NCBI GenBank assembly: GCA_963774265.1 | Contig: CAVZDU010000005.1 | Span: forward strand, 352,001 to 416,000 | DNA from: an uncultured Chloroflexia bacterium | GTDB lineage: Bacteria > Chloroflexota > Anaerolineae > CG2-30-64-16 | Direction: 5' to 3' | Length of the DNA: 64,000 nucleotides | Shown: piece after piece, positions 18,810 to 29,070 of the stretch | Layout: every line of letters begins with the position of its first letter | How positions within the stretch are numbered: position 1 is the first letter of the stretch | Notes under the pieces: generated by a model | What the model was told of the DNA's origin: nothing | Database searches by the model: none | What the model saw: the letters and a program-made list of their open reading frames with translations, nothing else | Position numbers and translations under genes: made by a program

Positions 18810-21800
18810 CTACCTCAGCACTATCGGCAGGTAGATCTGTCTCAGGTGCGTGTCGAGGCCGAACGAGAACTCGGACGTGGTTCCCTGCGGATCCGTGGCC
18901 GTGGCGTGCAAGAACGGCAGCGGCGGCGGGCTGCTCAGCGTCACCGTGAACGTGTTGGTCGCGTTCGCGGTGGCAGCCGCCAGGTAGACCGTACCCGCCG
19001 GCTGCGCGTCGAGGTTGGCGAAAACCTCCACCCGACAGCCCGCGCACGCGGCTCCGGTCAGCGTGCTGCTCTCGATCGTGTACTGGCCGAGGACTGGGGC
19101 GTTCACCGGCCCAATCGGTTGCGGTGTGTCCACGAAGTCAATCGGGAGCCCGGCGTTGTGGTGGATCGCGTTACGAGTGATCGTGTTGCGCAGGGTCTTC
19201 TCACCGCTGATGATCACGCCGGCCAGGTCGTTGAAGAGGATCGAGTTGTACGGCCCGAGGATGTTGCCCTGGCTCTCCCCGGTGAGTACGATGCCGCCAT
19301 TCAGGTTACCCAGATCGCCCGTGCCCGCTGCGCGGGCGCCGATGATATTGCCGGCCACCCGGTTGAGGGTTGTCCCGGTGTTCTGAATCCATACGCCAGC
19401 CCCGCTGTTGCCACTGATCAGGTTGCCCTCGCCCGCCGCCTCCCCGCCCACAACGTTGCCGCTGGCGGCAAAACAGATCGCCACCCCATCCGCCGCATTG
19501 GGTATGGCGTGAGCACCGCTAACATCCGTGCCGATGTAGTTGCCAAGCACGTTGTTCCCGGTCGTCCCCAGGTTTTTGATGTAAACGCCGGCCATCTCGT
19601 TCCCGCTGATGATGTTGCGCATACCGGCCTCTGCACCGCCTACCACGTTGTCAAATGCGCCGAAACCGATATGGACGCCGGCCTGCCCGTTACCGAGCGC
19701 TTTCGCGCCGGTTACGTCGGCGCCGATAGTGTTGCCCAGCACGCGGTTGCCGGTGACATCCTGGTTGATATTGACGCCCATCTCGGCGTTTCCGCTGATG
19801 AGGTTGCCATCCCCCGGCGTCTCCCCGCCGACCAGGTTGTCGCTGGCGCCCTGGGAAATGATCACCCCATCCTTCGCGTTGGCGAGCGCGGCCGTGCCGT
19901 TCACGTCTGTGCCGATGTAGTTGCCCTGCACCCGGTTGCCGGTCGTCCCCGGGTCTTGTAGCTGTACCCCATACAGACCGTTGCCGCTGATGACATTGCG
20001 CGCGCCTGCCGTGTTTCCACCGACCACGTTGCTGGTGGACCCATACATGATCAGAACACCGTTCAGTCCGTTGCCGAGCGATTGTGCGCCCGTGACATCG
20101 GCGCCGATGGTGTTGCCCTTAACTTCGTTGGCCGTGGTCCCGGCGCCCTGCATGAAAACCCCGTGCTTAGCATTGCCGCTGATAATGTTAGCCGCAGCAG
20201 GCGTTTCTCCGCCCACCACGTTTCCGCTGGGACCGTCGATAAGGGCAACGCCATCACCCTGGTTGCCGGGCGCGGTTGTGCCGTTCGCGTCTGTGCCGAC
20301 GTAATTGCCCAGCACCTGGTTGCCGGTCGTCCCTGGATCCTGCAGCCACACGCCGCCGTTGATCAAGTTGCGCGTGCCAGGAGCTTCCCCACCGACCACG
20401 TTGTTGCTGGCCGTGAAGCCGATGAACACGCCTGTCTCGCCGTTGGTCAGGGAATGCGTGCCCGTTGCGTCCAGGCCGATAGTGTTGCCGACGATCCGGT
20501 TGTGATCGGTGCCGGCTTGCTGGAGAGACACCCCGTGCCCGCCGTTGCCACTGATAACGTTGGCCGCACCCGGCGTCTCTCCGCCGATGATGGTGTCGTG
20601 CGCGCCGAGGGCCAGCACGATGCCCACGTCCCCATTGCCTAAGCTGCCCGTGCCCGTACCATCGGTGCCAATGTAGTTGCCCAATATCCGGTTGCCGGCT
20701 GTGTCTGCGTCCTGGAGGTAGATGCCGGCCTCATCAGTCTCATCGTTCCCATCGCTATTTCCGCTGATCAAATTGCGTGCACCCGGTGTATCGCCGCCCA
20801 CCACATTGTTGCTGGCGCCGGCCATGATGACGATGCCGTCTCCGGAGTTTGCCACGGCCTTCGTGCCTGTCGCGTCCGCGCCGACGGTGTTGCCCAGAAT
20901 CCGATTGTCGTCGGAACCCAAACCCTGTATGGTGATGCCCCGGTCGCCGTTGCCGCTGATGACGTTGCCCGCGCCCGCTGCGTTCCCACCGATGGAGTTG
21001 CCGCCCGCGCCACCGAGGATAGTGATGCCGTCGTTGCCGTTGCTTAGCGCACTGATACCAGTCACATCAACGCCGATCAGGTTACCCAACACCTGGTTTC
21101 CCGTGGTCCCCGCGTTTTGGATCCACACGCCGGAACCTCCGTTGCCGCTGATCAGGTTGCCCGCGCCCGCGGACGTCCCGCCGATGGTATTGCCGTGAGC
21201 GCCAAAACCAATCAGGAGGCCAGCCTCTTCGTTGCCTAGGGCGACGATCCCTGAGGCGGCCGTGCCGATGAAGTTGCCCGTCACCCGGTTGCCCGTCGTA
21301 TCTGCGTCCTTGATGAGCACACCGGACAGGCCGTTGCCGCTGATTACATTCCGCAACGCGACCGTTGCGCCGCCCACCACGTTATCGTGCGCGCCGAAGC
21401 CGATAAGGACGCCCAGTTGGCCATTGCCCAGATCGGCCGCACCGTTCACTTCCGTGCCGATGATGTTCCCCACGACCCGGTTGCCCGAGCAGTCCTCGTT
21501 GAGGTTGACGCCGATCCGGCCGTTGCCGCTGATCAGGTTGCCCGTGCCCGGCTCCTCCCCGCCCACCAGGTTGTCATCGGCCGCCAGCAGGACCACCCCA
21601 TCGACGCTGTTTGGGATGGCGCTTGTGCCGTTCAGGTCTGTCCCGATAAAGTTGCCCTGGATGCGATTGTTGATGACGCCCGGCCCCTCCAGCCAGACGC
21701 CCGTATCCCCGTTCCCGCTCACCAGGTTGCCCTGACCCAGGGGCCCCGTGCCGATCCCTCGATCGCCGCCGATGACGCAATCGTGCGCGCCGTCGAGCAG

Positions 21801-22439
21801 CTCGATGCCGTCGCTGGGGAAACCTTCAATCTGTAGCCCGCGAATGGTCACGCTGCCGGCTCCCGACACGACCAGGCCCGCGCCCGCGGACAGGCCGCTT
21901 CCGTCCAGCACCGCGCCGGCATTGCTGCCATCGATGGTCAGGCCGTTTACGGTGATGGCGGGCAGGACCGACGCCAGCTTGATCGCGGCGGGGCTTGCCG
22001 GCGGAAAGACGCCGGCGTCGAAGAGGATGGTCCCGTTCACGGCCGCCTGCAAGAGGCACGCGCGGAGGCTGCCCGAACCGCTGTCAGCCCGGGTCGTGAC
22101 CGTGCAGGTGGCGAGCGTGCCGATGATGGCCTGGCGGTCGCTAAGGCCGGCCAACCGCGCTTTCGACTCCGCGCGGCCGTGTTCGGGCAGCACGGCTCCG
22201 GCGGTGTCAGCGATCGCAGCAGCCTTCGGAGACCGAAGCTCCGCCTTCACCCGACGGCGTCCGGCAGGGGCATACGGTGCAAGCGCCTTCGGCTCGTCGT
22301 AGAGGGCGCCGCCGGCCAGGTGCGCGTCCAGGTGCGCGGCACTTTCCCCGTCCAGGTGCCCGGCACCTTCAAGGTGCCGGGCACCTCCTCCTCCTGCAAG
22401 AGCGGCGCAGATGACTATGAAAATGATCCGTCTGAACAT
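18810..22439 (-). CDS. Secreted parallel beta-helix repeat protein (paralogous to the N-half of 13712..18787)
   Basis: Signal-like MFRRIIFIVICAALAG; VTTRADSGSGSLRAC; more than 12 repeats of about 60 aa containing GN(L/V)ISGN; C-terminal ATATDPQGTTSEFS Ig-like domain; ends QIYLPIVLR. Confidence 0.85.
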   Translation of the reverse strand: MFRRIIFIVICAALAGGGGARHLEGAGHLDGESAAHLDAHLAGGALYDEPKALAPYAPAGRRRVKAELRSPKAAAIADTAGAVLPEHGRAESKARLAGLSDRQAIIGTLATCTVTTRADSGSGSLRACLLQAAVNGTILFDAGVFPPASPAAIKLASVLPAITVNGLTIDGSNAGAVLDGSGLSAGAGLVVSGAGSVTIRGLQIEGFPSDGIELLDGAHDCVIGGDRGIGTGPLGQGNLVSGNGDTGVWLEGPGVINNRIQGNFIGTDLNGTSAIPNSVDGVVLLAADDNLVGGEEPGTGNLISGNGRIGVNLNEDCSGNRVVGNIIGTEVNGAADLGNGQLGVLIGFGAHDNVVGGATVALRNVISGNGLSGVLIKDADTTGNRVTGNFIGTAASGIVALGNEEAGLLIGFGAHGNTIGGTSAGAGNLISGNGGSGVWIQNAGTTGNQVLGNLIGVDVTGISALSNGNDGITILGGAGGNSIGGNAAGAGNVISGNGDRGITIQGLGSDDNRILGNTVGADATGTKAVANSGDGIVIMAGASNNVVGGDTPGARNLISGNSDGNDETDEAGIYLQDADTAGNRILGNYIGTDGTGTGSLGNGDVGIVLALGAHDTIIGGETPGAANVISGNGGHGVSLQQAGTDHNRIVGNTIGLDATGTHSLTNGETGVFIGFTASNNVVGGEAPGTRNLINGGVWLQDPGTTGNQVLGNYVGTDANGTTAPGNQGDGVALIDGPSGNVVGGETPAAANIISGNAKHGVFMQGAGTTANEVKGNTIGADVTGAQSLGNGLNGVLIMYGSTSNVVGGNTAGARNVISGNGLYGVQLQDPGTTGNRVQGNYIGTDVNGTAALANAKDGVIISQGASDNLVGGETPGDGNLISGNAEMGVNINQDVTGNRVLGNTIGADVTGAKALGNGQAGVHIGFGAFDNVVGGAEAGMRNIISGNEMAGVYIKNLGTTGNNVLGNYIGTDVSGAHAIPNAADGVAICFAASGNVVGGEAAGEGNLISGNSGAGVWIQNTGTTLNRVAGNIIGARAAGTGDLGNLNGGIVLTGESQGNILGPYNSILFNDLAGVIISGEKTLRNTITRNAIHHNAGLPIDFVDTPQPIGPVNAPVLGQYTIESSTLTGAACAGCRVEVFANLDAQPAGTVYLAAATANATNTFTVTLSSPPPLPFLHATATDPQGTTSEFSFGLDTHLRQIYLPIVLR
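22354..22386. repeat. 33-bp palindromic element inside a CDS
   Basis: AGGTGCCCGGCACCTT-C-AAGGTGCCGGGCACCT; related copies at 22459-22492 (partial), 25783-25815, 43038-43052 (half), 57201-57232. Confidence 0.85.
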
Positions 22440-22505
22440 GGTCTTTCCTCTTCTGAATACCCGGCACCTCCTGGCACTAAGTGCCGGGCGCCACCGGGCA
22501 GATGA

Positions 22506-25500
22506 TCAGAGCGATCGGCGGAGGTCGCGCGCCAGCTCGGCGTCGAGGCGCGCGCCCAACTCGTCGAAGATGGCGAGGGCGCGCTCGCAAGTCGACCGGG
22601 CTTGTACGCGTGTCGCCCCGTCGGCCCCTGCTCCCTGCAACCGGGCGAGCACAACCAACGTCAAGGCCATTTCGTACGGGTTGCGCTGCGCTTCGAGGAT
22701 GGCCAGGCTCTCGCGTAAGGAGGTTTCTGCCTCGACACGCCGTTCCAACGCAAAGTAGACTTGGCCCAGGATGCACCGCGCCTGACCCAGCTCGATGCGA
22801 CGCTCCAGTCGGGTCGCCCAATCCACGGCCTGCTGCGCCAGCATCAGCGCTTCGTCCGGACGCCCGCCCAATAGCTGAAGCTCAGCCTGGTAGCGCAATA
22901 TCTCCGGCAGGTACACGTCAGTCCCGATGCGCTGAAAAGTGGCCAGGCCTTGCTCCAGGTGCTCCGCGGCCTGCGCGACCGCACCCTGCTTCAGGTAGGA
23001 TGCGCCCAGGTTCATGAACGCCATGCCGGTGGCCTCCTGGAAGCCGAACTCCTCGCCGATCTGCCGAGCCCGTTCGTAGACCGCGATCGCCCGTTCCAGA
23101 TCGCCCTGCCGGCGGTAGATCTCGCCCAGGTTGATGGCCGCGGCGGCCTGTCGCCATGTTTCACCGGTCCGCTCGGCCAGCTCGGCGCTGCGCTCGAAAC
23201 AACGCAACGCCTCGGGCCACCGGCTCAGGTCCTGGTACACGCAGCCGAGGTTGCTGGTGGCGCGTTCGAGTCCGGCGCTGTCGCCGGCTGCCTCGTAAAG
23301 GGCGATGCTGCGCTCGTGCGCCTCGATGGCCGGCCCGCTCTCGCCCATGTTGCGGTGGATGAGGCCTTGAAGGTTGTACGCCTGGGCGAGATCCTGCGGG
23401 CTATCGGCCTGCGCCAGGATGGCGATTCCCTGTTCGCAGGACGCCAGCGATTGGGCCAGCTCGCCGCGGCGAAAACGCAGCAATCCATTCCACACGTGCA
23501 GCCGGCCCGCCTCCAGGCACGCCTGCCCGTCTACGACGGACAACCCTTTTTCCAGCGCAGCCTGGGCTGCGACGAGATCGCCCCGGTCGTGCAACGCCAT
23601 CGCCAGCCTGCGGTACAGATCGGCCTGCCGCGGCGCGGCGAAGATCGCTGAGCCTGCCACCAACTCCAGCGCAAGCGTATAGCCGGCGATCGCCTCATCC
23701 AGGCGGCCGATCGCGGCTTGGACGCCGGCCTGCCCCTCGCTGGCCTCGACGCGCCAACGGAGGAGCTGATCCAACGTGGCGCCGCGCTCCTGTTCGGCCT
23801 CATCGGGCGGCAGGGTCGCGAAGTTCCTGGCTTTTGCCAGCGCCCGGTCGAACCAGTTCAGCGCGATGGTATTGGCCCACGTATCGGCGGCGCGTCGGGC
23901 AGCCCACAGGCAATAGCGAAGGGCTGAACAGCGGTCGTCGCTGCGGTCGAAATGATGCGCCAACAGCTCGAGAGCCTCGACCTCGCGGCCCGCGTAAACC
24001 CGCTCCAACGCCCGTCCCAGGCATAGATGTGTGCGCGGCTGTGCGTCGGCGGTGAGTGCATCGTAGGCAACTTCGCGAAGCAGGGCGTGCGTGAAGCGGT
24101 AGCTCGGTTCGCCCCAGCGATGGTAGAGAAACTCGCGGGCTTCCAATTGCAGCAGACCCTCATCCAGCGCGGCATCGCCGCCGGTCTCGGCCAGTGCTGC
24201 GGCCAACACCTCGACGTCCACCTGATCGCCGGCGACCGCAGCCATCGACAACACACGCCGCGCGGCTTCCGGCAACGCGTCCATGCGAGTCAAGATGAGG
24301 CGTTGCACCGTGCTCGGCAGGAGAGCCGGCGACGCGGCCTCGGCCGAGGCCGAGGTTGCGGATTCTCGCACCGCCAGCGTCAGCTCACGGAGGAAGAACG
24401 GGTTCCCCCCCGCCCGATCGAGGATCGCCCGAGACAGGGCGGGGGGAACGACCTCAGGCGCGAACAACGCAGCCAGCAGGCTAGCGCTCTCAGCTTCCCC
24501 AAGGCTGGCCAGCCGCAGCCAGCGATGATTCTGCCGGTTCCACCAGGGCGGCTGCCAGGAGGTCTCGGAACGGAAAAGCGCGATGAGCAGCACGGGCAGC
24601 CGCTCAAAGCCGCCGGCAAACTGGTCGAGCACGTCGAGGCTGGCATCGTCGGCCCAATGCAAATCGTCCAGAATGACGATCAGCGGCTGATGGACGGCGC
24701 GCCGTGCCAGCAGCCTGCCGAGCAGGCGCACGATCCGGCGCTGGAGGGCCCTGGGCTCAACCTGGGCCTGCGGGAGATCGATCGGTGAAGTCACGGCGAG
24801 AATTTCTGCCAGGACGGCTACGTCTTCCGAATGGGCCAACCCCGCTGCATCCACCCCCAGCGCGCGGCCGAGCGCCGCGGCCAAATGACTGCGCGCCTCC
24901 GCGCCGGCAAGGGATGGCGCAAGGTCCAACAGGCCGCGAAATAGATCCGCCACCAGTTCGTATGGGCCAGGACGATAGGATGATCGGCAGGCTGCGGCCA
25001 ACCAGCGGATCTCCCTGGTGGAGCCGGAGGTCCCTTGTTCCGCAGGGCCGGTTCCCGGTGGGTCAACTCCCTGGCGAAATTCCTGCAGCAGTCGCGACTT
25101 GCCCGACCCCGCCTCACCTGCGATGCTGACGATCTGTCCCCGGCCCTGGCGGCATACATGCCAGGCTTCCTGGAGCGTAGCCAACTCGCGCTGTCGCCCG
25201 ATGAGCGGCGCCTGGTGTCCGGGCGCCTGCCAGCGGAACGGATCACCGGCGGTCGGCCCCAACACCTGGTAAGCCGCGAAAGCGGGATCAGCTTCCAGCC
25301 GCACATCCGGCCGGGCGGCCAGCTCGAAGAGAGAACCGGTCAGGCGCCGCACTGGTTCGGCGGCCAGGATGGCGCCGTCGCCAGCCTGCCGGGCCAGCCA
25401 CACGGCCTGGTTCACCGCCTCGCCCAGCAGTGTCACGAGATGCGACCTCCAACCGTCCTGTGGAGGCCCCCCGCCGCGGTCCTCGGCTGCGAGAAGGTCG

Positions 25501-27016
25501 CCGCTGCTCAGGCCCACGGCAACGCCCGGGCCGCGGCCGGCGCTGGGGCCCTGCGTCCCACGGGGACGGCTCTCATTCACTGCGATCATCTCCAGCGCCG
25601 CGCGCACGGCCCGTTCTGCGTCGTTCTCGCGCGTCCCAGACAGGCCAAAGACGCCAATGAGGAGATCGTGGCCGAAATCCAGCGGCCGGCCGCCGTAGCG
25701 GAGGATCAGCCCGGCCAGCGCCTCGACCTGCTCCGCCAGCTCGCCCACGAGCGGCGCGCCGGCACTCCCCAGGTGCCCCCCCAGGTGCCCGGCACTTCGA
25801 AAGTGCCGGGCACCTTCTGCACCTTTTTTCTCGCGATCCGGCTCCCCCCACAGCGCCTGGACGCCCAGCAGGCGAGCGGCCAACACGGATGCAGGCCGGC
25901 GTTCGACCCGTGGCGGGGCCAGCAGTGGCGCGTCGGGGTCGCCGTAGAGGGCAAAGGAGGCCCACAGCGGATCCGCGGGGTTAGCCGTGCGCGCCGCCCT
26001 GCCGCGCCTGACGCATTGCTTCCCCCGCCGGCATCCCGCGCAGCGCCGCCTGGTAGAAGGAGAGGACGAACACGGGCGCGTTGGGGTCGGCCACCGGCCA
26101 GAGGGTGCCGATGACCGCCTGCCGCGCCGCCCTGGACAAAGGCGGAGGCCAGACCGGCGGCGTTCTGGCCAAGGTAGGCCAGGCCTGCGGGGTCGTCCAC
26201 GCTTGCGGCGTCGACCTGCTGGCGCGCGGTTTCGCACCCGTTGAGGAAAACGAACGGCCGTCCGCCAAGGTTCTTCTCGATCTCGGCGCCTGTCAGCACC
26301 TCGTTCGGCGCCAGGATCAGCCCGCCGCCTTCGGGTGTGGCAGGGTCGAAAAAAGCGTGGCCGGAGTAGTGGACCAGGTCGTATGCGCCGCTGGCGAGCT
26401 CGCCCAGCACCGCCGAACGGGTCGCGCGGCGGCGCATCAGGATGCGCGGCGGGGCTGTGCCCGGCGTGGCCTGGAGCAAGCGCACCAGCTCCTCGACTTC
26501 CCGATCTGCATGGGGCAGATCACCGGTGGGGTTGCCGATGATCAGCGCGGTGAACTGCCGGCGAGGGGGCAGGGGGTTTTGCCGCGGCGGGTGCGCCAAT
26601 AGGAACCGCCGGGCAACTGCAACCTTGAGGGCCAGGTAGTCCTCGCCATCGTGCGCCAGCTCCCACGATAGCTCCCCAGCGCTGGCGTCGATCAACAGCG
26701 ACGCCCCGGGGGGGAGCTCGGCGAGGGCTTGCATGACGGCCGGGGGCAGCCGGTTGTAGATCAGGCGCGCGATGCGGAAGAGAGGATCGATCGCCGTAGA
26801 GTCGCTGGCAGAAGCGGCAGCGTGGGGGCGCAGGATGCGTTGGCCGAGCAAACGCGCCGCGCGGTCGAGCTCGGCCCGCTGCGCCCGATCGGCCTCCGGG
26901 GACCGCGGTTCCCGCGCCAGCAGGATGGCGGCACCGGGCCGTGAGCCGGCCGGCTGCCACATGAACTGGCACGAATCGCCCTCCTGCAGCAGCGATAAGA
27001 CCGCGGGTGACGACAC
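22506..27016 (-). CDS. CHAT protease / degenerate class III cyclase / STAND ATPase / TPR protein (two frameshifts near 26120 and 25995)
   Basis: IIGNPTGDLPHA..E, VHYSGHA, FLNGCET, GLASAF, VIGTLWPV.D, WASFALYGDP; ENDAERAVRAAL; GEAGSGKS, LDDLHWAD, GGNPFFL, Y.FTHALLREVAY; TPR array; GTG start at 27016 with RBS GAAAGGGG. Confidence 0.85.
25783..25815. repeat. 33-bp palindromic element inside the cyclase-like domain
   Basis: AGGTGCCCGGCACTT-CGA-AAGTGCCGGGCACCT, translated as GARHFRSAGHL. Confidence 0.85.
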
Positions 27017-27035
27017 GGGAAACCCCTTTCGACCA

Positions 27036-27926
27036 TCAGGCCGATGCAAATAATAGCGGAAACTCCCACGCCTTCTCGGCGTACTCGACGCGAATCAGGT
27101 ACTCACCGATATCCAGGTCACGGAACAGAACCACGCCATCTGCGCCGGTGGAGGCGCCCTCCAGCAAGGTCCCATCGGCATCCCGCAACGTCACACGGGC
27201 CTGCGCGATGGGTTGGGGCGGATCGATCGTGCCGGCCGCCAGGGCGAGCACGCCCCTGTCCTCGAAGACCGGCCCGAGACTGACCTTGAGCATCAGATTG
27301 GCCTCGGGATGGGGCAGCGCGAGCAGTTCGAGAAAATCCCGTGCTTCCTCAGCGGGGGCACGCGGCCTTTTGTCCCGGTATACCGGGATGGGCGCCAACT
27401 GGACGGTCAAGGGCGCGGCCAGCACGCCGAATGAGGCGCCGGCGCGGTCGATCAACACCGGGATGGTGGCGGCCAGACGATGCAGGCCCTCGGCGGTTTG
27501 CTTCCAGAGGCCAGATTGCACGCCCGGCAGGAAGGACAGGTCCGGCCTCGGGTAGGAGGGTGGTTCCGCGCCACTCTCCCCATCAGCCAGTGAAAACAGG
27601 CCGATCAGCGACGTTTGCGCGGCGGCGCAGTGGGGACACGCCTCCAGGTGACGCCTGACGTGGACCCACTCAGGCCCGTCGGATTCGCCCAGGCTCTCTG
27701 CGGCCAGATAACCGGGCAGAACCCCCTGGCACTCCTCGCAGGTGAGGACGTCTTCGTCCGCTATCTCTGCCGCCAGCAGTCGCACCAGGTGACTTGCTCG
27801 CCCTCTGCACGCGGGGCACGCCCTGAAATGATCGTGCACCCCCACGATTTCGGAGCGGCGCGTCTCCGGAGCATTCAGAAATTCCTCGAACGCCTCGATC
27901 ACCTCGCGGCAACCGGTCTTCGCCAT
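27036..27926 (-). CDS. Putative soluble anti-sigma factor: two zf-HC2 (ZAS) motifs plus C-terminal carboxypeptidase-regulatory-like beta-sandwich
   Basis: C..HFRACPAC and CEEC..HLEACPHC; ARVTLRD..STGADGVVLFRDLDIGEY; no TM segment; directly downstream of the ECF gene. Confidence 0.75.
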   Translation of the reverse strand: MAKTGCREVIEAFEEFLNAPETRRSEIVGVHDHFRACPACRGRASHLVRLLAAEIADEDVLTCEECQGVLPGYLAAESLGESDGPEWVHVRRHLEACPHCAAAQTSLIGLFSLADGESGAEPPSYPRPDLSFLPGVQSGLWKQTAEGLHRLAATIPVLIDRAGASFGVLAAPLTVQLAPIPVYRDKRPRAPAEEARDFLELLALPHPEANLMLKVSLGPVFEDRGVLALAAGTIDPPQPIAQARVTLRDADGTLLEGASTGADGVVLFRDLDIGEYLIRVEYAEKAWEFPLLFASA

Positions 27927-28774
27927 GTCATTATTCCCCCTTGAATAGCATCGTCCGAACATGAAAGAGAGCCCGAGCCGCAAAACGTTACAGTTCTCAA
28001 CGTCGAGAACCAGGAGGCTCGCTTGACAAGGCTGCGTTCAGCTGCCGCGTCAGCCCGGAGCCGGTCCACTCCCCTGTGGCGCAGGACGCGCACATGTCCG
28101 GACGTTATGCCAAGACGATGGCCGATATCTTCATCGCTCAACCCACCGAAGAACTTCCATAATACAACGGAGCGCTGCCGGGGATAAGGCAGCCGCTCGA
28201 TTGCTTGCAGCAGCGCGGCCGTGCTCTCTGCGGACAGCAGGCGCTCGGCCAACGCACCCGCTTGACCATCGGCAAGCATTTCGGCCAGATCATCCAGCAC
28301 GACATCGCTCCCTTTCCGGGCACGCTGCTCCTGCTGGAAAGCATGGCGCAGCTTGTTCAGCGCAAACGCCAGGAAAGTGCCGGGCTCGCGGCAGCGATCG
28401 AGCTGCACATAGACCAGGACCAGCGCGCGCTGGGCCGCGTCCTCCGCCAGCTCGGGCCAGCGGTTATAGGCCGCGCGGTATAGGACGCGGTGCAGGTCCC
28501 CGAAGGCGGCCTCGCGCTTTTGAGGGTCCCGGTTTTGGAGACATGCTTCGTACAGAAGGGCCGAGTAGTGGTGCTTGGCGAGCCGGTCGAAGGTGGCAGA
28601 CGAAGCGTCGGGCCCGGCAGCACGCCAGACGCGGTCCACGAGCTCTTCTTCGCCGGCGCACGTCCAGGCGCCCCTGGCCATCAGCGTAATCACCGCCGAC
28701 CGGCAGGCCGCGCGAGCATAATCTGAGGAGATGGGTTCCTCGGCTGTTATCTCATCCATGACGGCTGCGTCCAC
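27899..28774 (-). CDS. ECF sigma-70 factor with N-terminal extension (true stop may be TGA at 27997 if one indel is corrected)
   Basis: Region 2 LAEDAAQRAL..FLAFAL; region 4 LLQAIERLP..QRSVV..GLSDEDIG.RLG.T.G.VRVLRHRG..RLR. Confidence 0.85.
   Translation of the reverse strand: MDAAVMDEITAEEPISSDYARAACRSAVITLMARGAWTCAGEEELVDRVWRAAGPDASSATFDRLAKHHYSALLYEACLQNRDPQKREAAFGDLHRVLYRAAYNRWPELAEDAAQRALVLVYVQLDRCREPGTFLAFALNKLRHAFQQEQRARKGSDVVLDDLAEMLADGQAGALAERLLSAESTAALLQAIERLPYPRQRSVVLWKFFGGLSDEDIGHRLGITSGHVRVLRHRGVDRLRADAAAERSLVKRASWFSTLRTVTFCGSGSLSCSDDAIQGGIMTWRRPVAAR
27964..27992 (-). promoter_or_regulatory. Putative ECF promoter, copy 1 (drives anti-sigma/CHAT operon)
   Basis: TGTAAC-N17-CTCTTT on the minus strand, about 40 bp upstream of ATG 27926. 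Confidence 0.65.
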
Positions 28775-28893
28775 ATGGGTTCTGGAGGCGCCTGGCTGCC
28801 CGGACGCCGGTGAATTCCATCGCGACTGGAGGCGACCGCATGATAGCGCACGCCGCGATTCTTGCCAAGTCGGTGGAGGCCGGGGCGAAAGGC

Positions 28894-28922
28894 TGTAACA
28901 CGATCGGCCGCAGCTGCTCTTT
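28894..28922 (+). promoter_or_regulatory. Putative ECF promoter, copy 2 (upstream of FxLYD lipoproteins)
   Basis: TGTAAC-N17-CTCTTT. Confidence 0.65.
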
Positions 28923-29070
28923 TATCCATAGAAAATAGGGAGTTGTCTGCCTTTGCCGCTGGCCGCACCTGATCTATCATACCGTGCTGGCCGGGATGAT
29001 CTCCACTTGCACCGATTCGCACAGACGCCGCCGCGAAGGCCGTTCGCCATGACAATGAAAGGGAAGCGCC

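Noticed and set aside
17000-21800. Regularly spaced GTTGCCGCTGAT repeats resembling a CRISPR array
   Set aside because: They are the coding GN(L/V)ISGN beta-helix repeats: degenerate at third positions, about 180-bp period, no cas genes.
27899-27996. C-terminal extension of the ECF sigma overlapping the anti-sigma gene
   Set aside because: Probably read-through from an indel near 28045. The alternative frame stops at 27997, just before the promoter motif.
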